A stretch of 44,520 nucleotides of DNA from Phycisphaerales bacterium (GTDB lineage Bacteria > Planctomycetota > Phycisphaerae > Phycisphaerales > SM1A02): positions 1-44,520 of the forward strand of contig JBBAOD010000003.1 in NCBI GenBank assembly GCA_040401635.1, in the 5' to 3' direction. The position numbers were made by a program, and so were the translations under genes. Below the pieces are notes generated by a model. The model searched no databases, had not been told where the DNA came from, and saw only the letters and a program-made list of their open reading frames with translations. Below, in pieces: positions 1-8,900 of this stretch; position 1 is the first letter of the stretch; each line of letters opens with the position of its first letter.

Positions 1-216
1 GCAGGCGATGAGCGGATTGCGTTGTTTCTTCCGGACGGAAGTGCTGCGGCAGTGCGTGAATTGTGGATTCAAGCGGGGGCGCGGTCGACTCGGGTTTCGA
101 TCGACCCGCTCTTTGGTGAAGTGCGTCGTATTGATAGCTCTGCGCCGGTCACCCGAACCGGACCAGTCAGTCGCTCGCGCGATGGTGGCGCAAAGCCGCG
201 GAGGAGTGCGCCATGA
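1..216 (+). CDS. 3' end of a pseudopilin-like gene (GspH/FimT-like C-terminus), 5'-truncated by the window edge
   Basis: Frame 1 is open from base 1 to TGA 214-216 (...ERIALFLPDGSAAAVRELWIQAGARSTRVSIDPLFGEVRRID...). The stop overlaps the next start (ATGA at 213-216). It sits at the head of a pseudopilin operon. Confidence 0.4.
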   Translation, partial: AGDERIALFLPDGSAAAVRELWIQAGARSTRVSIDPLFGEVRRIDSSAPVTRTGPVSRSRDGGAKPRRSAP

Positions 217-620
217 AGCAACGAGGCTCCGTGCTGTTAGAGGTGCTACTTGCCACGGCAGTTTTTTCGTTTGCGGGCATTGTGGTACTTGGTGTTGTTG
301 ATGGCGCTGTCGCTGACGGCGCGCGCGCAGCACGAAGGTCACTGGCGATGGACGTTGCTCGATCACAGTTGGCGCGCATGGAGGCAGGAATTTCTGACGA
401 CTCACAAGATGATCGCGCGGTACCTGGACTGCGAGTGGAATCACGCATGGAGCCTTCCGACTTCCCTGGATTGGCGCTCGCCGTGGTAGAGGTCTATGAC
501 GAACAGCCTGATGGGCGTAATGACGAGGCGACCAATGATCCACCGCGCTTGGCGGTACTTCGGCAATTGATGCGCGGCGATGGCGGCGGCGGTACGGAAC
601 GCCCGGAGGTTTCCCGATGA
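213..620 (+). CDS. Minor pseudopilin, GspI-like (degenerate prepilin N-terminus)
   Basis: The N-terminus MKQRG/SVLLEVLLATAVFSFAGIVVLG has Gly, then Glu at +5, then a hydrophobic helix. Small size (135 aa). 4-nt overlaps with both neighbours. Confidence 0.6.
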   Translation: MKQRGSVLLEVLLATAVFSFAGIVVLGVVDGAVADGARAARRSLAMDVARSQLARMEAGISDDSQDDRAVPGLRVESRMEPSDFPGLALAVVEVYDEQPDGRNDEATNDPPRLAVLRQLMRGDGGGGTERPEVSR

Positions 621-1255
621 ATCGCCGCCGAAATGCACGTGGATTCACGCTGTTGGAAGCGCTGATTGCTGTGGGCATGCTGATGTTGCTGCTCGGTGCG
701 CTGGCGATGTTTGTTGAGGATCTCACCCGTACTCGGCAATTCTCGGCGCGCACGGCAGCGCAGACTCGGTCAGCGGATGCCCTGTACAGCGTGCTTGAGG
801 CAGCATTGCAAACAGCAGTTGTTGATGGCGGTCCGCTGGGTTCGGGAGTCACTGGAACAGATCGGTCAGTGCGGGTTCTTTCGTCGCGGACCGATGCGGG
901 CAGCGGCAGCGTGCGCGAACTGGCGCGGGCCGCGTTTGCTGCGCTATCTGCAACAGAGATCGGTGAGTCGTCTGGAAACATCACCATCACTCGCGGCGGA
1001 TCTTCCAGCGTGCTTCCTGCCACGGTGCGCGCCATGCGCGTGCGCTACTGGACACAGGGTGGATGGGCGGATTCGTTCGACTCACTCTCCGCGGGTTCGC
1101 TGCCGCATGCAGTTGAAGTGGCGCTGTGGTTTGGAGTGGCGGCCGCTCAATCGGAGGAAGAGAACTTTGGAACGCCGGATCGGGTTCGAACGATCGCGGT
1201 TCCTGATGCAGCGGGCGCTGATGGCGCGAACTTCATACCGGAGGCTGGGCAGTGA
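617..1255 (+). CDS. Prepilin-type N-terminal cleavage/methylation domain protein, GspJ-like pseudopilin
   Basis: MNRRRNARG/FTLLEALIAVGMLMLLLGALAMF is a classic G-FTLLE prepilin peptidase motif with Glu+5. ATGA overlap at 617-620 and GTGA overlap at 1252-1255. Confidence 0.8.
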   Translation: MNRRRNARGFTLLEALIAVGMLMLLLGALAMFVEDLTRTRQFSARTAAQTRSADALYSVLEAALQTAVVDGGPLGSGVTGTDRSVRVLSSRTDAGSGSVRELARAAFAALSATEIGESSGNITITRGGSSSVLPATVRAMRVRYWTQGGWADSFDSLSAGSLPHAVEVALWFGVAAAQSEEENFGTPDRVRTIAVPDAAGADGANFIPEAGQ

Positions 1256-3351
1256 ACTTGTACCCACGCATCCGAAGGCAGAGCGCGCGCGCCGCCGGAC
1301 GCGGTGTGGTGATGCTGGCCGTGTTGGTAGTACTTGCAGTTGCGGCGCTGGTTGCAGGTGGACTACTCGCCGCAGCGGAGGCAGAACATGCTGGATTGGC
1401 AGCGATGCGTGATCGAACGCAACAACGCGCCATTGCCTGGAGCGGATGCCAAGCAGTTGCCGCGCTCCTTTCGGCGCAGCGGCAAACCATCGCGGACGGG
1501 GAGACTCCGGAATTGCCTGATGAAGTGTTGCTTTATGAAGCAGACGGCGCACAGGCAGTGGCTCGGATATTGCCAGTTGGTCCGTCTGGCGAGCGATTGG
1601 TTTCCGAGTGCGCGAAGTTTGCGCTTGCAGGTCTTGACCCTGCAGTGCTCGCCGCCACTGGAGTAATTGATGCCAAAGCTGCGGCGGCCGCGGTGGCGCG
1701 CGGTGGAACTGCGGACGCGATTGAATCCATCGTGCAACCGGAAGTCGGGTTGACCGCCGACCGGGTGATCGGTCCAGTGGCTGCGGGAATTGCTGCGGGC
1801 GTTCGTCGATTGCAGGACAGCAGTTCCGGGTCCGGTGCGCGCGGCACCATTCCGGCGCGGGTTCGAACGTTGGCGGTGGCGGATGTTGCAACGCCATTTT
1901 CTGCACAGCGTGCACTTGGTAGTGGTGTGGCAGGCGCCATCATTGAGCGGCAGCCACTTGGTGCATGGAGTAGTGAAGGAATGGCCGCGATCGACGCACA
2001 GTCAGTGGGCGGTGCCGCGGAGCGCATGCGCAGCGCGCTTGCTGGAGAAACCCCTAAAAATCAGGGCGACCTAGTGCGCGCGATGCGCCTTTCGCAACTT
2101 CCAGTTGATAAGTGGAGCGCGGTTCTTGATGCAGTGATCGCGGGAGATTCAGCAGTCGAACGTCGGCAGATTGATATCGCAAATGCGCCTGAAGAGGTGC
2201 TGCGTGCCATTCCATCGGTTGGTACGGAACTAGCAGCCAAGATGATTCAAGCGCGTGCATCGCTTGGGGCGGGTGAGCGCGCGCAATTGGCATGGCCAGT
2301 GACTTCGGGCGCATTAACACCGGAGGAATTTGAAGCGATTGCTCCGTTTATATGTGCGCGTAGTTGGTTGTGGCGAACGCGCGTTGCCACTGGCGTTGTT
2401 GATGGGATGCAAGAGGGCAGTGCCATGCGCGGTATTGAAGTGTGGGAAGTGGTCATTGACCTTGCAGAAGATCCGCCACGCTTTGCCAGTATCCGTGATT
2501 GCACGTTGCTCCCCATTGCCTCTGCATTGGCAGAGCAGGAACGAACTGAACAAGCGACGCGCGGCGAGCGCGGCAGTGTCGCTACGGACGCAATGGTTGA
2601 TGACGAACTTGAGAATGAAGTTGCGATCACCAGTGGCGCCATGCAATTAGACCGAGAAAGTCAGGCAATTGCCGACTCTGATAGCGACCCCATGATTGAT
2701 AGTGCTGCCGATCAATTGGCCGATGGCGGAGCGGGCGCAGGTTCAGCAGGAGACGCGGTTGAGACACCAGCGCAGCGTCCGTGGCGATCACCTGCGGCGG
2801 ATGCGGTGCGTGACGCCGATGCGGCGCGTCGAGCGGAGAACGATCAGCGCCAAGCCGCGCAGCGCGAGCGTGATGCACAGGGTGCGTGGAAACCAGCCCG
2901 CGAGTCAGCGCCGGAGGCGCGGCAATGGGCGACGTTGGCCGATCGTGAGAAACAGTCACGTGAGGCGAATTCGCGAAGTTGGAGCACGCTTGCCGATCGC
3001 GAGCGCGCCGATCGCGAAGATCGTTCTGGGAAGTGGAAAACACTCTCCGACCGCGAACGGGACGACCGAGAAGCTCGATCGAACGAATGGAAGTCGCTCG
3101 GCGAGCAAGAACGCGAACGACGCGAAGCGCGCGACGCTGAAGAGCGCGCGCGTCGTAAGGAGCAATGGGCGTCCACGCCACAGCGATTCCGCACCATGCG
3201 GTGGGACGACAAAGATGTACCGCCAGATCCCGCCGGAGTTGCATCCCGTGCGCAGGAATCCGGTAAGGACGAGGAGCAGGCGACGGCATCGGGTTCTTCG
3301 ACAGGTGGGCTGTCGGGACGATGGCGCCGCCGTAGCGATTCGAGTCCGTAA
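1252..3351 (+). CDS. GspK-like pseudopilin with helix-hairpin-helix region and a long charged C-terminal extension carrying 18-aa tandem repeats
   Basis: The hydrophobic N-terminal helix lacks Glu+5 (GVVMLAVLVVLAVAALVAGGLL), as in GspK. HhH-like segment IDIANAPEEVLRAIPSVGTELAAKMIQARA. Position after I/J-like genes. The C-terminal ~250 aa is Arg/Glu/Asp-rich. Confidence 0.7.
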   Translation: MNLYPRIRRQSARAAGRGVVMLAVLVVLAVAALVAGGLLAAAEAEHAGLAAMRDRTQQRAIAWSGCQAVAALLSAQRQTIADGETPELPDEVLLYEADGAQAVARILPVGPSGERLVSECAKFALAGLDPAVLAATGVIDAKAAAAAVARGGTADAIESIVQPEVGLTADRVIGPVAAGIAAGVRRLQDSSSGSGARGTIPARVRTLAVADVATPFSAQRALGSGVAGAIIERQPLGAWSSEGMAAIDAQSVGGAAERMRSALAGETPKNQGDLVRAMRLSQLPVDKWSAVLDAVIAGDSAVERRQIDIANAPEEVLRAIPSVGTELAAKMIQARASLGAGERAQLAWPVTSGALTPEEFEAIAPFICARSWLWRTRVATGVVDGMQEGSAMRGIEVWEVVIDLAEDPPRFASIRDCTLLPIASALAEQERTEQATRGERGSVATDAMVDDELENEVAITSGAMQLDRESQAIADSDSDPMIDSAADQLADGGAGAGSAGDAVETPAQRPWRSPAADAVRDADAARRAENDQRQAAQRERDAQGAWKPARESAPEARQWATLADREKQSREANSRSWSTLADRERADREDRSGKWKTLSDRERDDREARSNEWKSLGEQERERREARDAEERARRKEQWASTPQRFRTMRWDDKDVPPDPAGVASRAQESGKDEEQATASGSSTGGLSGRWRRRSDSSP
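2926..3141 (+). repeat. In-frame 54-nt (18-aa) tandem repeat, about 4 copies, inside the GspK-like gene
   Basis: Protein repeats WATLADREKQSREANSRS / WSTLADRERADREDRSGK / WKTLSDRERDDREARSNE / WKSLGEQERERREARDAE. The DNA copies are diverged but clearly periodic. Confidence 0.75.
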
Positions 3352-3357
3352 ATACTA

Positions 3358-4845
3358 GTGAAATCACAGGTAGCGATCGATCTTGGCCACCGGCGCCTCC
3401 GCGCGGTGGAGGCAGTCGTAGAGCGCGGCCGTGCCACTGTGGCGCGGTGCGTGGATATCGAATTGCCAACGGAAGTTATTGACGGCACCGATGCGGTTCG
3501 TGGCGCGTTTGTGTCGCTCGCACTCCGCAACGCGGGTATTGCCACGGACCGTGCTACCTGGACAATTGTTCGCGATCGATTGTCGTTCAAGCGATTGGTG
3601 TTGCCTGGTGCCGAGCGCGACGAAATTGCCGCAATGGTTCGCCTGGCCATGTTGCGCGAAGCGGCGGTGTCTGCTGATGCAGTGGTTGACTTCGTTCCGA
3701 TTGGCGCGGAGGCATGGGCTGTGGCAGCTTCGGCGAAAGAAATTGCCGCAGTGCGAGCGATGGCCGTTGCCGCTGGAATCTCTGTTGAGCGGATTGCGCC
3801 GCGCACATTCGGAACCGCGTACTTGTTGGAAAATCTGACTGCAGTTGATGCGCGCGCCGATGACAACGATGCTCCTGATGCAGCCATCGATCTGTGCGGC
3901 GATGCAGTTGAACTGGTAGTTGCGGGCCGTGATGGACTGCGCGCAACGCGCGGTGCAACGGTTGTTGATCCGGATACGGATGCAAGCGTGACCGAAGCAC
4001 GTCGCTCCTGGAGTGGATTTCGCTTGCAGCAGCCCGATCAGCGACCAGCGGCAATTGACGTGATTGGCCCAACAAACGTGGCCGCGCGCGTGGTGGTGGC
4101 GCTGGCGGGTGACACCGGCCTGCCGGTTTCGCACTTGGCTGCACATCCAGACGTGACATGCACAGTGGATCCGGGCGCCGCATGGCCGCTGGTTGGACTA
4201 CTCCTTGAGGGCGCGCGCAAGCGTGAGCGCATTGACTTGGCAAATCCACGTCGCGCGCCCGACTTGGCGGCGCGTCGGCGGATGCAACTGTACGCAGTGG
4301 TTGCGATCATTGGAATTGCGTACGCCATGGGTTGGACCATTGGTCGCAAGGAGCGTGGCACCATCGAGGCGCGCCGCACCGAGTTGCGCGCCAAGGCTGA
4401 AGGTGCGCTTCTTGAGCATCGGCAGTTCAAGCGCGATGAACTGCGCGCGCGGCATATTGAGGCGTGGACCAGTGCGGACCTTCCGTGGCTTGACTCGTTG
4501 GCATACATCGCTGGTTTCGCACCGGATGCATCGCGCGTGGTGCTGACTGGTTGGAATGGTCAGGCGCTCTCCGACGAGGCCACCGTTGCCAAGGACGGGA
4601 CGATGAAGATCCCATCGGAAGTTCGGATTGCGATTGATGCCGAAGCGGCCGATCGTGCCACAGCGGATGCGTTGCGGGAGTCATTGGTTTCGAAGCGTGA
4701 CTTCAATGTTCGTCCCACCAGCGCAGAGGGAAAAGCTGGGCGCCGTCTGCCAGTGGCTGTGGAAATGGTGATCGATTCGTTGGACGGCCCACCCGTGCAG
4801 CGACCCGCCAGTGCCGCAGTATCAAGCCGCCGAGGTGTGCGATGA
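3358..4845 (+). CDS. GspL / PilM-PilN-like assembly protein (cytoplasmic actin-like domain + TM + periplasmic domain)
   Basis: GTG start. The N-terminus VAIDLGHRRLRAVEAVVERG resembles the PilM/GspL actin-like fold start. Single TM MQLYAVVAIIGIAYAMGWTIG near aa 310, followed by a coiled coil. Operon context. Confidence 0.65.
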   Translation: MKSQVAIDLGHRRLRAVEAVVERGRATVARCVDIELPTEVIDGTDAVRGAFVSLALRNAGIATDRATWTIVRDRLSFKRLVLPGAERDEIAAMVRLAMLREAAVSADAVVDFVPIGAEAWAVAASAKEIAAVRAMAVAAGISVERIAPRTFGTAYLLENLTAVDARADDNDAPDAAIDLCGDAVELVVAGRDGLRATRGATVVDPDTDASVTEARRSWSGFRLQQPDQRPAAIDVIGPTNVAARVVVALAGDTGLPVSHLAAHPDVTCTVDPGAAWPLVGLLLEGARKRERIDLANPRRAPDLAARRRMQLYAVVAIIGIAYAMGWTIGRKERGTIEARRTELRAKAEGALLEHRQFKRDELRARHIEAWTSADLPWLDSLAYIAGFAPDASRVVLTGWNGQALSDEATVAKDGTMKIPSEVRIAIDAEAADRATADALRESLVSKRDFNVRPTSAEGKAGRRLPVAVEMVIDSLDGPPVQRPASAAVSSRRGVR

Positions 4846-5948
4846 GTAGCACGGAAACTTCCAAGTCAACAGTAGCGGCGTGGGGTGAGCGCATGACCGC
4901 GCTTGTGCCGGTGCGTCTGCGCGTGCCGCTTTCATGGACCGGTGCGGCGCTGATCGCCGGAGCGCTGGGTTGGATGATTCACGGCGGGCGTTTGACATCA
5001 TTCTCTGGATTTGATCGTGCCGGCGCCGAGGCCGACATTGCCCGCACCAGTGAGTTCTTGCGCAGCGTTCGTGAAGAGCGAGATCGACGTCCGGAGATTG
5101 ACCGGCGGATCGCCGCCGCAGTGAGTCGATCACTTGGTGAGCGAACGGATGCGGTTGACACTGCGTTGCGAGCACGGCTGAATCGTATTGCCGAGGAGAC
5201 CGGTGTTCGTGATCTGATGGTTGCCACCGGCGCTGCAGTGGAGCGCAAGTCACCGGCTCGCCAAGAATTTGTGCGCCTGGCTCTTCCGCGATCCATGCGT
5301 GACGAGCCTGACTTTGTGGAGTTGCGCGCAACTATTTCCGGCGAAGGCGCTGTTGATCAAGTGCTTCGTTTGGTGTACCGAATCACGGTAGACCCAATGT
5401 TGAAGCGCGTGGAAGCCATCAAGTTTGACCCGATCAAAGATGGCGGTCGCATGCGAGTGACCATTCGCCTGAGCACCGCGTTTGTTCCTGGCTATGAGCC
5501 CGCTTCGTTGCCCGGTGCTCCAACCGCGGAAGCACTCGCTGGCTTTTCAAAGTACGCCGCGCTGGCTGCACGCAACCCCTTCCGTGTTCCATCAGCAACC
5601 GGCCCCGGAGCGAACACGCTGGTGACGGCGCCAGCAACGTCCCTTGGAGCGGCTGCGGCCACCACCGAAGTTGCCGGCGCAACCACAGCAACTGAGCCGG
5701 AGATTCCCGGCGGATTTCCATACGGACTATGGCTTCTCACCGGTGTGGTTGATGGACCCGCCGGTACCGAGGCGTATTTCAAGAACGCCGGCAACGGCGA
5801 GACACGCGTGCTGCGTGTCAACGAATCGATTGCGGAGTTTTCGTTCATTGGCCTTGATGCCGATGCAGCGCGGATAGTGGCGGGCGGCGCGACGTATCGC
5901 GTGCGCGTTGGAGAAAGTCTGGAGGCCCGCGCGCTTGAAGCGCCGTGA
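4842..5948 (+). CDS. Bitopic assembly protein, GspM/PilO-like with a PilP/GspC-HR-like C-terminal beta domain
   Basis: N-terminal TM LSWTGAALIAGALGWMIHGG. The C-terminal segment GLWLLTGVVDGPAGTEAYFKNAGNGETRVLRVNESIAEFSFIGLD...YRVRVGESL resembles secretin-contacting HR/PilP domains. ATGA and GTGA overlaps with neighbours. Confidence 0.5.
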   Translation: MSSTETSKSTVAAWGERMTALVPVRLRVPLSWTGAALIAGALGWMIHGGRLTSFSGFDRAGAEADIARTSEFLRSVREERDRRPEIDRRIAAAVSRSLGERTDAVDTALRARLNRIAEETGVRDLMVATGAAVERKSPARQEFVRLALPRSMRDEPDFVELRATISGEGAVDQVLRLVYRITVDPMLKRVEAIKFDPIKDGGRMRVTIRLSTAFVPGYEPASLPGAPTAEALAGFSKYAALAARNPFRVPSATGPGANTLVTAPATSLGAAAATTEVAGATTATEPEIPGGFPYGLWLLTGVVDGPAGTEAYFKNAGNGETRVLRVNESIAEFSFIGLDADAARIVAGGATYRVRVGESLEARALEAP

Positions 5949-8900
5949 GCAGGACACGACACATGAATACGAAGATATCGAACGCCAGCCGAATGATTCC
6001 AGAGGTTCTTGCAGTCTTTGCAGTCTCTGTCACCGCGCTCACTACGCCGGTTATTGCAGCGCACACCAGCAACGTGGCCAACACCGCAGCAGATCCAGCG
6101 GCGTCCATCATGCAAGATCCGCCAGCACCAACATCTGGCGGCATTCGCTTTGCGTTCAAAGGTCAGTCATGGGACCAGATTCTTGACTACTTCAGCCGCA
6201 CGACCAGTTTGCCAATTGTTCGCGAAACTGAAGTACCCAAGGGATCCGTGGACTACATCAGCGCGCGCGCTTACACGCTGCCAGAAGCGCTCTCCACACT
6301 CAATCAACTTCTGCAAACACAGAATGTGATGTTGCGAGTTGAGAAGGACAAGCTGTACTTGCAGAAGCTGGCGGATATGAAGCGGGAGAACATCCCGACG
6401 TTTGTGAATGAACTTCCCGCCACCGTGACTGATGACACCATCGTCACACTGATGCTGCCGTTGAAGACCGCGCGGGTTGGACCGATTTCCACGCAGCTGG
6501 CCAATCTGGTTGGCACGTACGGATCAGTCACCGCGCTTGAAGCACAAAACTCCTTGATTCTTGTGGAAACAGCGGGTCAAGTGCGACGCATGCTTAAGAT
6601 GATCGAATCGATTGATCATGCTGAGCCAGACAATGAAGTACGATTCTACCCACTCCGTCACGCCAAGGCGAACACACTGATCGCCAGCCTCTCATCTCTC
6701 ATTGGGCAACGGCAGATTGAGTATGTGATTGGTGCAGATGGCAAGAAGACCAAGATCGAAGAGAGCAAGATGGAAGGCCTCTCGATGACCGCTGACGAGC
6801 GCACGAACGCGATCGTTGCGCGCGGGGTTCGGTCGCGCTTGTTGCAGCTTGCGGATGTGATTGAATTGCTCGACGTTCCTTCTGAGGGATCGGCTGGTGC
6901 TGGTATCCCCGGTGCGCCCGCAGCGGTCACGCGTAGTGTGCGAACTGTCATGCTCCGCGGCGTTACCCCTTCCGAGGCCAAGTTGCGCCTTGATGAGCTG
7001 TACGCAACGCTTCCCAAGGAATTGAAGCCCACGGTGTTGGCGATGGATGAGGTTGGCAAGCTAGCCATTGTTGGACCGTCGCAGAGCGTTGCTGAAGGCG
7101 CTGCGCTGATCGAAGCGCTTGATGGCGATCGCCGCGTCCCGGGCAGCGCGCGCGTTGATGACATTGATCCGCAGACCGTCACGCTCATTCCGCTTCGCAA
7201 TGCCGACGCCACCAGCATTATTCCGCAAATCCGTGATCTGCAAACCGCCGCGCAGCGCAAAGTGGTGACGATTGCCGCTGGTCCTGACGGCCGCAGCGTC
7301 ATTGTCAGCGCACTTTCCAGCGAGAGCGACCAAGTGCGCCGCATCGTTGAGATTCTTGACCAAGCCGGTCGTATTGAACGTCGCACGCAGGTGCTGAAGG
7401 TTCAGGCAGTCAAGCCCGCTGACGCTATCGCCGCCGCCAAGCGCATTCTTGCTTCGGAGCGCGATCCTCGGAGTCCGGAAGGCGAGCTTGACATTGGTAT
7501 TGCAAGCGATGGCCGCACCTTGACCGTTGCTGGAACCCAAGCAGCGATCGCCCGATTTGAACAGGCGCTGAAATTGGCGGAGCAAGCCACGGTGGTCGAA
7601 CGTTCCACTCGCGTCTTTGAACTGAAGTATGCGCAGGCGACCAAGGTTGCACCGGCACTGCAGCAGATGGCGAAGCAGATCCTGACTCCCAAGGACGGCA
7701 CGCAGTATTCCGAGCCGCAGATTGAAGGCATCGACACGCTTCATCAGTTGAGTGTTACTGGCACTGAAGAGCAATTGAAATCCATTGCCACGCTGGTTGC
7801 CACGCTTGACCGCGCGGACCGCACCGGTCGCATGGTGGCAGTGCGTCAGGCAAAGGCGTCTGAACTGGCAACATCGGTTCGTGACCTGGTTGCCCGGACG
7901 CAGGTGGACGATCCATCGCATCCGTTCACTGCGCCGACCATTGAACCGATCGAACAGACCAATTCACTATGGATTGTGGGCGAACCGGCGCAACTTGCAG
8001 CGGTCGAAGAAGTGGTCCGGCAGCTTGACACAGTGACTCCTGGCCAACTCCCGCCGCTGCGACTACTGCAGGTCCGTGCCGCTGATGCAAGCCAAATGGC
8101 TCAATTGTTGACGGCACGTTACGACCAACGCCCGGCAGACCTGCGCCGCGAGAAGCCAGTCCGTGTTGATGCGGATACGGCTACCAACACACTGATCGTG
8201 ACTGCTCATGAAGAGGTGTTCCCGGAAATTCGCGAATTTATCGAGAGCGTCAATCGCAGCGGCGAGAAGGATGGCCAGCGCGAGACGGTGATTATTCCGT
8301 TGCGCGTGGGTCGTGCAGTGGAAGTAGCGGCTGCACTCGACAAGCTTTATCCACAACCACCCATGCCGCTGGATGCACGCGGTCGTCCGCTTCCGCACTT
8401 GCAGAAGCAGAAGGACATCTTCATCAGCGCCGATGCCGCTACTAACACAGTGATTGTTGAGTGCCCAGGCGAACGCAAAGCGCAGTTTGAAGCAATCGTT
8501 GCACAACTTGACCGCATTGAAGCGCCGCCGCAAGCGGGTGTGCGGACTTGGCGGATCGATCGCGGCGACCTCGACAAGATTGCCGCGAGTATTCGCGGAC
8601 TGGCGCAGAGTGGTGCGTTGGCGGCACCATCGGTTGCCGGTCGTAAGAGCCCAGAAGTCACCGTGCAAGTGGAGTCTGCCAGTCGAACGCTGATTGTCAC
8701 TGGCGATGAAGCAGCATTCTCCAAGGTGGATGCAGTGGTCAAGGAATTGCAGGGTGTGCCCGCTGCAGGCTTCAAGACGTACGTTCTGAAGAGTGGCCGT
8801 ACTGACCAGGTCAGCTCGCTCCTCAAGCAAGTGCTCACGACCCGTGCTCGACGCGACATTCCTGGTGGCGAGAGCCAAGTAGAAGTGACCAGCGATCGTC

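Noticed and set aside
2844-3887. 347-aa minus-strand ORF, and many similar long antisense or alternate-frame ORFs in the track (for example 1082-1915, 8063-8878, 11632-12501, 13075-13734 and 33922-34881).
   Set aside because: They lie fully inside, and antisense or out of frame to, ORFs with clear family signatures. Their translations are Arg/Ala/Ser/Pro-rich low-complexity sequence, as is typical of stop-poor frames in high-GC DNA.
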